Below, piece by piece: positions 1 to 10,191 of a stretch of DNA of 52,897 nucleotides. Origin of the DNA: an uncultured Myxococcales bacterium (GTDB lineage Bacteria > Myxococcota_A > Bradymonadia > REDH01); the NCBI GenBank assembly GCA_964520965.1, contig CAZFPM010000009.1, positions 1-52,897 of the forward strand, read 5' to 3'. The notes under the pieces are model-generated. The model was given only the letters and a program-made list of their open reading frames with translations. It was not told the DNA's origin and ran no database searches. Made by a program: the position numbers and the translations under genes. The stretch's first letter is position 1; each line of letters starts with the position of its first letter.

Positions 1-1
1 T

Positions 2-1948
<1,947 letters not shown>

Positions 1949-2057
1949 CGCGTAGGTTGTGCCGGGGCGTCCGCTCGTGCCGAGCCGGACCTCCCGATGC
2001 CGATTGAACACCACGGGCGCGCGTCGAGACGTGCCGGCCCGCTCGTCGAGGTGAACG

Positions 2058-4643
2058 ATGTCCGTCGAATATCGTCATGATCGCGGTTGCCTGGAGCGCA
2101 AGGTTCGGGGCGGTCCCTTCGTCGGCGCCGGAGCCGAGGATCACTATCCGCCCGATCTCCGGGCAGAGCCGGTCCACATGGCCCTCTCGCTCCTGGTCGA
2201 CATTCCCGGGGCGACCCTGGTCGGGACGAACCGTCTCACGGTCGTGGGGCACGGGGCCGGCACCGACACGCTGACCCTCGACGCCGTCGACTTCCTCGAC
2301 GTGGCTGTGACCGACGCCCGCGGCAAGGCCCTCGCGTTCGACTACGATGGCAGCAAGCTGGTCATCCACTGGGACAAGCCGCTCGGCGGTGGGTCGCGGC
2401 GACAGGTCGAGGTCGCCTGGCGTGTGCAGAAGCCCGCCTCGGGGCTCTACTTCTCCAGCCCGACCGGCGCCTATCCGAACGCCGCGACATACGCCGCCAC
2501 CGACAACGAGACCGAGCGCGCCCGCCACTGGATGCCGTGCATCGACCTCCCGAGCGTGCGGCCGACCCTGGAGATCGCCCTTCGCGCCCCAGACGGCCTC
2601 ACGATGCTCGCCAATGGCGCCCACGTCGGCGACGAGGTGCACGACGACGGAACCCGGACGGTCCGGTGGAAGCTCGATCAGCCCTGCCCGAGTTACCTGA
2701 CCTGCGTCGTCGTCGGCGACCTGCTGACCGTCGATGACGGGGCGTTCGGCGATGTGCCCGTCGCCTACTTCGCGAGCCACGAGTTCGACGAAGACGACGT
2801 CCGGCGTGCGTTCGGGAAAACCCGCGCGATGCTCGCCTGGATGGCGGAGAAGCTCGGCCACCCCTTTCCATATCCGAAGTACTACCAGTTCGCGCTGCCC
2901 GGCTTCGGCGGGGCGATGGAGAACATCTCGCTCGTGTCCTGGGACGATCGCTTCCTCCTGGACGAGTCCCTGGCCCGCGAATGGACCCGCCTGGTGGATC
3001 AGATCAACGTCCACGAGATGGCGCACAGCTACTTCGGCGACCTGATCGTCTGTCGCGACTTCGCCCACGCCTGGCTCAAGGAGTCGTGGGCGACATACAT
3101 CGAGCAGTGCTGGTTCGAGGACGTCCTCGGCGCCGAAGAGGGGAACTACGAGTTCTTCCTCAACGCGCAGGCCTACTTCTCCGAGGCCGACGAGCACTAC
3201 CAGCGCCCGATCGTGACGCGGCGTTTCGAGAGTTCGTGGCAGCTCTACGATCGGCACCTCTACCCCGGCGGCGCCTGCCGCCTGCACACCCTGCGCAAGC
3301 TGCTCGGCGACGACGTGTTCTGGGAGGGCGTGCGGCTCTACGTGAAGCGCTACGCCGGCCGCACCGTCGAGACGGACCACTTCCGCCACACGTTGGAGGA
3401 GGTCTCCGGGCGCTCCCTCGGCGCCTTCTTCGATCAGTGGTTTCATCGCAAGGGCTACCCCCGCCTGGCCGCGAAGTTCCGGTGGGACAAGAAGGCGAAG
3501 CTCGGCTTCTTCGAGATCGAGCAGGAGCAGATCGATGCGGAGCAGGGCGTCGAGGCGTTCGACTTCGATGTCGAGGTCGGCTGGACCGACGAGGCCGGCG
3601 CGTCGCACGTGCGGAGTGTGCGCCTGCATCTCGCGAAGCAGTCGGTCGCAGTGCCGATGGAGGCGGAGCCGGTGCGCGTCCGCATCGATCCCGGTTCGAA
3701 GGTCCTCTGCAAGCTGGACTTCAACCCGGGCGACGACAAGCTCCGGGCGCAGATCGCGGCGGCGGACGATGTGGTCGGGCGCATCCTCGCTGGGCGCGAG
3801 CTCGTGAAGACCGGCAAGCGGCGGAATGTCGAGGTGGTCCGCGACGCGACGATGAAGGAGCGTTTTTGGGGCGTGCGCGCGGAGCACGCGAAGACACTGG
3901 GTCGGGCGAGCAACGAAGCGGCCCTGGATGCGCTGGTCGAGCTGGTTGGCTGGGAGCGCGATCCGATGGTGCTGGAGCACCTGTACGCGGCGATCGGGCG
4001 CTACCGTGATCCGCGCATCGTCGAGGTGCTGAAGCGGCGCTTGGAGACGGGGGTTCCCCATCGCGCGACCGCCGCGGCCTATGTTGCGCTCGGTGCGCAG
4101 CGGGACCAGGCGCCGCTCGGCCTCCTGGTCGAGGCCGCCGAGCGCGAGGGGTTCGGAGGTTGGGAACAGAGCGGCGCGCTGAAGGGGCTGGCAGCCACGC
4201 GGCGCAAGAAGGCGATCCGCGCGGTGTCCCGGGCCACGGTGTACGGCCAGACTCCCAACCGCAGCGCACGCCCGGCAGCGGTCGCCGCCCTCGGCGAGCT
4301 GGCCGCTACCGTCGACGGGCGGAAGCGACGGGCCGAGGTGGTCGAGCGGCTCACCGATCTGTTGCGCGATCCCGTCGACCGGGTCCGACTCTCGGCAGCG
4401 CGCGCGCTATCGACCGCTGGCGCACACGAGGCGATCCCCGCGCTCCAGGCGTTCGCAAACACGGTCTCCCACCAGGAAGCCGTGATGGTCCGCACGTGGG
4501 TTGCCCGGCTACGCAAGAAGCGTGGGGCAGAACCGAGCGCGAAGGACGAGGTCTTGGACGAGCTGCGGGAGAAGGTCCGCAAGCTCGAAGAGGCAGTGGA
4601 CAAGCTCGAGGCGAGAGTCACGCCTGCCGAAGAAGAAAGATGA
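2058..4643 (+). CDS. M1-family zinc aminopeptidase (aminopeptidase N-like) with a C-terminal HEAT-like helical repeat region
   Basis: GAMEN exopeptidase motif (GFGGAMENISL). HEXXH-x18-E zinc site (VHEMAHSYFG ... WLKESWATY). The C-terminal ~250 aa are A/L/R-rich helical repeats. A GAGGTG RBS lies 4 nt before the ATG. Confidence 0.9.
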   Translation: MSVEYRHDRGCLERKVRGGPFVGAGAEDHYPPDLRAEPVHMALSLLVDIPGATLVGTNRLTVVGHGAGTDTLTLDAVDFLDVAVTDARGKALAFDYDGSKLVIHWDKPLGGGSRRQVEVAWRVQKPASGLYFSSPTGAYPNAATYAATDNETERARHWMPCIDLPSVRPTLEIALRAPDGLTMLANGAHVGDEVHDDGTRTVRWKLDQPCPSYLTCVVVGDLLTVDDGAFGDVPVAYFASHEFDEDDVRRAFGKTRAMLAWMAEKLGHPFPYPKYYQFALPGFGGAMENISLVSWDDRFLLDESLAREWTRLVDQINVHEMAHSYFGDLIVCRDFAHAWLKESWATYIEQCWFEDVLGAEEGNYEFFLNAQAYFSEADEHYQRPIVTRRFESSWQLYDRHLYPGGACRLHTLRKLLGDDVFWEGVRLYVKRYAGRTVETDHFRHTLEEVSGRSLGAFFDQWFHRKGYPRLAAKFRWDKKAKLGFFEIEQEQIDAEQGVEAFDFDVEVGWTDEAGASHVRSVRLHLAKQSVAVPMEAEPVRVRIDPGSKVLCKLDFNPGDDKLRAQIAAADDVVGRILAGRELVKTGKRRNVEVVRDATMKERFWGVRAEHAKTLGRASNEAALDALVELVGWERDPMVLEHLYAAIGRYRDPRIVEVLKRRLETGVPHRATAAAYVALGAQRDQAPLGLLVEAAEREGFGGWEQSGALKGLAATRRKKAIRAVSRATVYGQTPNRSARPAAVAALGELAATVDGRKRRAEVVERLTDLLRDPVDRVRLSAARALSTAGAHEAIPALQAFANTVSHQEAVMVRTWVARLRKKRGAEPSAKDEVLDELREKVRKLEEAVDKLEARVTPAEEER

Positions 4644-5455
4644 CCGACCGATCCGCCCTGATCGATTGCGACATCGACGACCGTGGCGTCGCCGACGTCC
4701 GCATCAACGTCCAGACGATGGCGCCGGCGTTCTTCGGTGCCGTCGGCGAGGTGTTCCGCGAGCTTGCCGAAGATGACGCGCTTCGTGTCGTCGTGGTGCG
4801 CTCCACGCAGAAGGTCTTCACCTATGGACTCGACCTGCCGGCGACGTTCCAGCAGTACGGCAACCTCTTCGTCGGGGCCGCGACTGCGGGTCCCCGGGCG
4901 AAGCTGCGCCAGCTGATCCGGCGCTGGCAGGCGGACTTCGACGCGATCGCTCGCTGTCCGGTGCCGGTGATCGCCGCGATCCACGGGTGGTGCATCGGTG
5001 GCGGCCTCGACCTGACGTCGGCCTGCGACATCCGGCTCGCCTCGGCCGACGCGAAGATCTCTCTGCGGGAGACCCGCGTCGCGATCGTCGCCGACCTGGG
5101 CACCCTGCAGCGCCTGCCGGCGATCGTCGGCCTCGCGAAGACCCGCGAGCTGGCCTACACCGGGCGCGACATCACCGCCGACGAGGCGCTGGCCTGCGGC
5201 CTGATCAACGCCGTGCATCCCGACCGCGAGGCCCTCTATGCGGCCGCGGAAGAGATGGCCGCCCAGATCGCCGCCAACCCCCCGTTGGTCGTGCGGGGCG
5301 TGAAGCAGGTGCTCGACTACGGCGCCGACAAGTCGATCGAAGACGGGCTCGAGTACGTGGCCGCCTGGAACTCCGCCTTCGTCGCGTCGGAAGACCTCGG
5401 CGAAGCGGTCAGCGCGTTCCTCGAGAAGCGCGAACCGAGGTACACGGGGCGGTAG
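4640..5455 (+). CDS. Enoyl-CoA hydratase/isomerase (crotonase) family protein
   Basis: The ATG at 4640 overlaps the upstream TGA (ATGA). Crotonase signatures are present (VVVVRS..KVFTYGLDL; AAIHGWCIGGGLDLTSACDIR). The part of tracked ORF 4160-5455 upstream of 4640 overlaps the aminopeptidase and is not coding. Confidence 0.85.
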   Translation: MTDRSALIDCDIDDRGVADVRINVQTMAPAFFGAVGEVFRELAEDDALRVVVVRSTQKVFTYGLDLPATFQQYGNLFVGAATAGPRAKLRQLIRRWQADFDAIARCPVPVIAAIHGWCIGGGLDLTSACDIRLASADAKISLRETRVAIVADLGTLQRLPAIVGLAKTRELAYTGRDITADEALACGLINAVHPDREALYAAAEEMAAQIAANPPLVVRGVKQVLDYGADKSIEDGLEYVAAWNSAFVASEDLGEAVSAFLEKREPRYTGR

Positions 5456-5469
5456 CGCGCCGCGCCCCG

Positions 5470-5485
5470 TCGAGAGCGCTCTCGA
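5470..5485. terminator. Perfect 16-nt palindrome between convergent genes (candidate bidirectional terminator hairpin)
   Basis: TCGAGAGCGCTCTCGA lies 15 nt after the crotonase stop and 14 nt after the metzincin stop. There is no U-tract. Confidence 0.35.
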
Positions 5486-5498
5486 GGCGCCTTCCGGG

Positions 5499-7294
5499 CT
5501 ATCGCACCAGTGGGTTCTTCGCGATCACCCAGGCCTGATCGTCGGTGATGTACACCTCGTCGGCGTCTCCACCGCTGGGGAACATCAGGTTGTAGCGGTC
5601 GGGGCAACTCGCAGACGGAGCGACATCACATTCGGGTGTGTCGGCAAGTGGGTCATGGCCGTCGTCGATCATCTCACTCGTGTGGAACAGGCCGAGGTAG
5701 TGGCCGATCTCATGGGCGAAGAGCACGACGGTGAAAGCGTGGATCCAGCCGTCTCCGCTCATGCTGATCCAGTCGGAGTCGACGTAGAGCGCGCTCGTAT
5801 CGGTGCCATGTACGCCCCCGGGACCGAGGATCGGTGACAGGCCCGCGGCGGACATCTCGGCGATCCCGTGCAAGACAAACACGTTCAGGCTGCGTTGCCC
5901 CTCGATGTCGGCGGTCGGGGGGCGGTCGTGAGTGCGAGCTCGTCGAGCTCGTCGTGGTTTCTGATGATGCCGTAGCGCTCGACCGTTTCGGGCTCGGCGT
6001 CGAAATACCGCACCGTGCCAAGCCGAACGTCCGCGGGCGCGAACACCCGGTCGACGCCCTCGAAGGCTGCCAGCAAGCCGGGGTGATGAGGGGCGAGCGC
6101 AGCAGGGATGGTCGGCGTCACCGAGATGACGTTCAGGTCGAGCTCCCCACCGCCTGGCGTGCCGAAGAGCAGGTCGATGCAGCCGCGACCGACTGGCGTG
6201 TCGAAGACGATGTCGTGGTTCCCCACCGCGAAGTCGGTTGCTCGCGTCGGGTAGGGCGGCAGCATGATCGTGTGCACATTCGTGCCGTACGTACCCATCG
6301 ACCCGAAATGCAACGAGGTGTCGAACGAGATGCGTGCCACCGCGTTGCGCACCGCGGACGCGCGGACGAACTCGCCGTCTGGCGAAAACGCATTGATCAT
6401 CAACGAGTCCACGCCGGTCGACGGGACGTCGAACGACCAACTCTCAGGCATGCGATCGAAGCACGCGCCGTCTGTCGACACCGCCTGGTCGAAGTGCGCG
6501 GGGACTGGGATATGGAGATCGGGGGAGAAGCAATACGGGTAGTGGACAGACTGCCCATCGATGCACCGATGTCCGTCTCTGCAATCGTCGTCTCCTTCGC
6601 AACGCACGGCGCAGAACGTGACGTCGTAGGCGGCCATGCAATAGGTCGCGCGACCGTCCGGACCCCGGCACTCGGCGTCCGAGAGGCAGTTCGTCCGCGT
6701 GCAGTACCCGCCAGGCACGGCAGTCAGGCACGTGCCGCTCGCGCACGCGGCATCCGAGACACACGGGCTCCCGTCGGGGGCACCGGGCGGTCGCGGGAGG
6801 CATCCGCCGTCACGGCATTCGTAGCCTTCGCGGCAATCGCCATCGCCTTCGCAACGAAGGGCGCAATCGGCGCCCTCTGCGAGCTGGGCGCACGTGCCGA
6901 TCGTCCGGCACTCGCGATCACACGGTCGGGAGCAGTAGCCTCCCGGGAACAGTGGGGCGGTCACGCAGACACCTTCGCCGCACTCGGCGTCGCTGACGCA
7001 AGGCGCCCCGATGCGCGACGGCGGTGCCCCGCGATCTTCCGGGACCGTCGCGTCGGCTGCGGTCACGACATCCGGGCGCAAGTCCACGCCCACGTCCGGT
7101 ACGGGAGCCATCGCCTCGTTGCACGCGCAGGCGAAGACCACGCTGATCACGAGCACCGCCCACCGCCGCCGGTGCGACGGGGCTGCGTCCGTCTCCGACC
7201 CGCGAGTGGAGCGCTTCGTGCGACGATCGAACACCGGTTCACTCCGGGACGATGGTGATGCACCCCTTCGGATCCTCTCGATCCGAACGGTCAC
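5499..7294 (-). pseudogene. M43/pappalysin-like metzincin lipoprotein, reading frame broken at a C6 run (true pseudogene or homopolymer assembly error)
   Basis: ORF 5885-7294 carries a lipobox (VISVVFAC) and Cys-rich modules. ORF 5499-6440, in another frame, carries HEIGHYLGLFH...DTPECD. The two frames meet at plus-strand GGGGGG 5917-5922. One extra base restores ...ELALTTAPPTADIEGQRSLNVFV... The start codon is uncertain. Confidence 0.6.
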
Positions 7295-7433
7295 ATAGTA
7301 ACGGATCGGTCTGGTGATGCCAGCGCGTGCCTGCTCTGTCGCAGACTCCGGCGCTACCCGGCTCCGCTGTGCCCCGCTCCGGAGAACGTGCCTGAGATAA
7401 CCCGCGCCGACCAGAACCGGCGTCGGGTTGATC

Positions 7434-7453
7434 TCATCGTTGGGTAGCGGACC
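7434..7453. repeat. Left copy of an imperfect 20-bp inverted repeat bracketing the low-GC cassette
   Basis: TCATCGTTGGGTAGCGGACC compared with the reverse complement of 9442-9461, CCATTGTTGGGTAGACCACC. The 9-nt core GTTGGGTAG is perfect and 15/20 positions match overall. Confidence 0.3.
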
Positions 7454-7460
7454 TTCGGAA

Positions 7461-7718
7461 TCAGGGAGGCGTCCCGGCGGGAAGCAGATACTTGATGGGA
7501 CGAGGATCGAGCCGCCGTTTCACTTGTGGGACCCGGAAGTCAGCTGCGATCACGCCTTCGCGCTTGAGCTTCGTGAGTACCCGTCTTGCGTGAGTTCCGC
7601 GAAATCCGTCTTCGAGGCACGCCTTGAGCAGGTCGAGTTCGTTCCGATACCGGCGTCCACGCAGCGCAGCCTCGAGCTCGTCTTCGAACGCACGGACCTT
7701 CTTCGGCCTGTCGTCCAT
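7461..7718 (-). CDS. Small (85 aa) helical / winged-helix-like protein. It is either a separate gene or the frameshifted C-terminal domain of TcmP.
   Basis: Protein-like composition (MDDRPKKVRAFEDELEAALRG...ARRVLTKLKREGVIAADF). There is no obvious RBS. It overlaps the compositionally odd S/R/T-rich tail of ORF 7550-8806. Confidence 0.5.
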   Translation of the reverse strand: MDDRPKKVRAFEDELEAALRGRRYRNELDLLKACLEDGFRGTHARRVLTKLKREGVIAADFRVPQVKRRLDPRPIKYLLPAGTPP

Positions 7719-8548
7719 GAAACCGAGAAGCAGATTGGGGTCGTCGCGAAGGCCGTCTCGGTGATGTCGAAGTTCGCCTCTCCAGTGCTTTCGTCTTGTG
7801 CCCAGGCCACGCTCAAGAACTTGTCGATTCCGAGCAGGTGACCGCTTCCGAAGATCAGGCCGTAGATGTTGGAGCCCTTCTTGAATGAGAACGGCGCAAG
7901 GTAGTACTCGAGGTTGTCAGGCAACAGCGAGCGGAAGTACTCCAACACAGCTCGATGGACGCTGTGGTAGTCATCGACCGGTCCCAGTTCTTGCTTGATC
8001 GCCGGGTGGTCGCGGAACCGGTGCAAGGTCGATGATGAAATGAAGAAGATGAAATCGCAGAACGGCGCGCGCACCAACTCCGCAAAGACGTCGTCGGTGA
8101 CGAGGCCGACTCCGAACTGATCGAGCAAGACCAACTTCGCTGTGTCTCGCGCCCGGAGCGTCGGCAGCGACTCGCGAAACGCGTCCCCGAACTCCAGAGC
8201 TTCGACTCGAGAGCCAGGCGGAAGCTCAAATCCCCGGCTTTCGATGTTGGCTCGTAGTTGGCGGACATTGAGGCCGTTCTTGTCCGTGAAGTGAACTTCG
8301 GAGGAGACCCCTTCGACGGTCCGGCTACCGTAGCGGCGCAACTCTTCAAGTAGGATGAGAGGGCTGCCAGGAACCCCCGCGTCGTCGCAACCCTGCCCTG
8401 CGAAGAAGTCGAAGAGGCAGACACGGCGGCACATGGGCTTCTTCGAAACAAGAAACACAGGAAGCCACTCCCGCGCATATGATCGGAAGATCTCGAGTTT
8501 CTTCCTGGTCGCGTCGTCGAATGTCCCGAAAAACTCCCCCGGAGTCAT
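7550..8548 (-). CDS. tcmP: Three-Cys-motif partner protein TcmP (TIGR04474-like). The last ~60 codons are probably out of frame.
   Basis: The ATG at 8546-8548 is preceded by GAGGTGGGA and lies 8 nt after the DUF5131 stop. The N-terminus FFGTFDDATRKKLEIFRSYAREWLPVF and the FDFFAGQG motif match my recollection of the family, as does its position directly after a PF07505 gene. The tracked ORF start at 8806 overlaps the upstream gene. Confidence 0.7.
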   Translation of the reverse strand: MTPGEFFGTFDDATRKKLEIFRSYAREWLPVFLVSKKPMCRRVCLFDFFAGQGCDDAGVPGSPLILLEELRRYGSRTVEGVSSEVHFTDKNGLNVRQLRANIESRGFELPPGSRVEALEFGDAFRESLPTLRARDTAKLVLLDQFGVGLVTDDVFAELVRAPFCDFIFFISSSTLHRFRDHPAIKQELGPVDDYHSVHRAVLEYFRSLLPDNLEYYLAPFSFKKGSNIYGLIFGSGHLLGIDKFLSVAWAQDESTGEANFDITETAFATTPICFSVSWTTGRRRSVRSKTSSRLRCVDAGIGTNSTCSRRASKTDFAELTQDGYSRSSSAKA

Positions 8549-8555
8549 TCCCACC

Positions 8556-9350
8556 TCAAGTGATGCCAGCGACAACAGCGGAGAGCATTGCGTGGCGTTT
8601 GGCTCTCGATGGCTGCTCCGCCGCAGTGAAGGCCGGAAACTCGCTGTACGTTCGTCCGTCCAACTCACGACCTGCGGCCTTCTTTCGAACGCCCCCCCAT
8701 TGCTTGAAGAAGAACGGAACTTCGGCTTCCTCGCACTGCCGTTGGATGGACCGGACCCAACCAGGCGCCATCGGCCGTGCGCCCCGTCCGCTCTCTCCGC
8801 CGACAATCACCCAGGCGATCCCAGAAAGGTCGACGCTACCGAGATCCTCCAGCAGCGGTTCGACCGACAGGAACCGAACCGACACCGGGGATTCCCTCAG
8901 CTGCTCGAGCCGTGGCAGCCCGTGCTTTCGGTTCTCGACGCTAACGCCCCACCATACATGCTCCGCGTCTCGCGCGAACGACAGGCGACCGGAAAGAAGC
9001 TCTTTCATGCGCTCAGAGCGCTTCGTTAGCACCTGATAAGTGTGCCAATTGGCGTCTGCCATGACGCGCACCACGCGCTCGATGTACTCGTCCGGAACAT
9101 CCTCGTGGAACAGATCGCTCATTGAGTTGACGAAGATCCGACGCGGCGCTTCCCAGCTCAAGGGCTCGCCCAACTTCTCCGGTACCAACGTCAAGTCGAA
9201 GCCGTGTTCGAACGGATGGCCAGGGACCCCGCGGAACCTCTCTGCTAGCGTTTCGGCGTAGCAATGCTTGCAGCCCGGACTCACCTTGGTGCATCCGCGC
9301 AACGGATTCCACGTGGCGTCGGTCCATTCGATTGCGGAGCGCTGGCTCAT
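8556..9350 (-). CDS. Phage Gp37/Gp68-family protein (DUF5131 / PF07505), the three-Cys protein
   Basis: IEWTDATWNPLRGCTKVSPGCKHCYAE (C-x6-C-x2-C). FVNSMSDLFHE. WHTYQVLTKR. FLSVEPLLEDL. IAWVIVGGESG. FFFKQWGG. All are typical of the family as I recall it. Confidence 0.85.
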   Translation of the reverse strand: MSQRSAIEWTDATWNPLRGCTKVSPGCKHCYAETLAERFRGVPGHPFEHGFDLTLVPEKLGEPLSWEAPRRIFVNSMSDLFHEDVPDEYIERVVRVMADANWHTYQVLTKRSERMKELLSGRLSFARDAEHVWWGVSVENRKHGLPRLEQLRESPVSVRFLSVEPLLEDLGSVDLSGIAWVIVGGESGRGARPMAPGWVRSIQRQCEEAEVPFFFKQWGGVRKKAAGRELDGRTYSEFPAFTAAEQPSRAKRHAMLSAVVAGIT

Positions 9351-9441
9351 CGACCTGTCGCGGGTGACATCCGTTCAGTAGTGGCAGGGCCTGGGGTTGT
9401 CAACGACAGGGAGTGTATTGGGCGAGCGGCTCAGGGGCGAC

Positions 9442-9461
9442 GGTGGTCTACCCAACAATGG
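9442..9461. repeat. Right copy of the imperfect 20-bp inverted repeat bracketing the low-GC cassette
   Basis: See 7434-7453. It lies between the SDR stop (9472) and the DUF5131 start (9350). Confidence 0.3.
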
Positions 9462-9471
9462 GTTGCCCAGG

Positions 9472-10191
9472 CTACAGGTCCTCGGACTCCAACATCTTTC
9501 CCGCGCCGGCGGGGTCGATCGTGGCCTCGACCAGGGCGCTGGCCAGCTCGGCTCCGGTGCGCGCGGTGTAGCGCCGCTCGAGTTTCTTCGCGCCGAGAGC
9601 CCCCAGCGCTCGCAATGCGCCGCTGACGACGATGGCACCGACACGCTCCCCCGGCCGCGACTCGGCGCGATCGTCACCGGAGATGAACGACGGGCGGGCG
9701 ATGGTGAGCGGAAGCCCGGTTCCGCGCAGATGTTCCTCGGTCTTCCAGCGACACTGCAGGTAGGCGCCGGCGGCCGACGGGCCGGTGCCGATCGACGAGA
9801 GGTAGACGAAACGGGGGGCGATGCCGGAGGCGACGCAGGCGTCGGCGAGGAGCACGGTCAGGCCGAAGTCGACCGAGTCGTAGCTGGGCTCCACGCCGGT
9901 TCGCTGTTCTTCCCGGCGCGCGCCCGCGCGCGTGATGCCCAGCAGGCCGAAGACGAGGGTGGGCCGGAAGTCCGCGAGCTTCGCGGCGAACGCTTCGGCC
10001 TCCCATGGCGTCGTGTCGACGCGCGCGCCGGCCTCCTCGAAGTGCGAGCGCACCTCGTCGAGACTGCGGGAACCCGGGCGCACGTGGGCGAGGGTCTCGA
10101 TGCCCCGCCGTCGCAACGCCGCGACCACCGCTCGGCCCGTGTATCCGGTCGCACCGGCGACGAACGCGCGATGCTCCGGCCCGCCACTCAT
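9472..10191 (-). CDS. NAD(P)-binding atypical SDR / NmrA-like protein
   Basis: Rossmann motif AFVAGATGYTGRAVV. The ATG at 10189-10191 overlaps the upstream TGA (ATGA). The tracked start at 10254 is upstream of this coupling site. Confidence 0.75.
   Translation of the reverse strand: MSGGPEHRAFVAGATGYTGRAVVAALRRRGIETLAHVRPGSRSLDEVRSHFEEAGARVDTTPWEAEAFAAKLADFRPTLVFGLLGITRAGARREEQRTGVEPSYDSVDFGLTVLLADACVASGIAPRFVYLSSIGTGPSAAGAYLQCRWKTEEHLRGTGLPLTIARPSFISGDDRAESRPGERVGAIVVSGALRALGALGAKKLERRYTARTGAELASALVEATIDPAGAGKMLESEDL

Noticed and set aside
7428-7841. 137-aa plus-strand ORF antisense to the small wHTH-like ORF and the TcmP tail.
   Set aside because: It would be convergent and overlapping with a co-oriented three-gene module. 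It has no RBS or recognisable motif, and its sequence is less protein-like than the minus-strand alternative. This call is not certain, because the lower GC here weakens the composition argument.
9375-9403. Promoter for the DUF5131 gene: a perfect TTGACA (9398-9403, minus strand) with a 17-nt spacer.
   Set aside because: The corresponding -10 hexamer is TACTGA, which matches only 2 of 6 positions of TATAAT. That is too weak to report as a feature.
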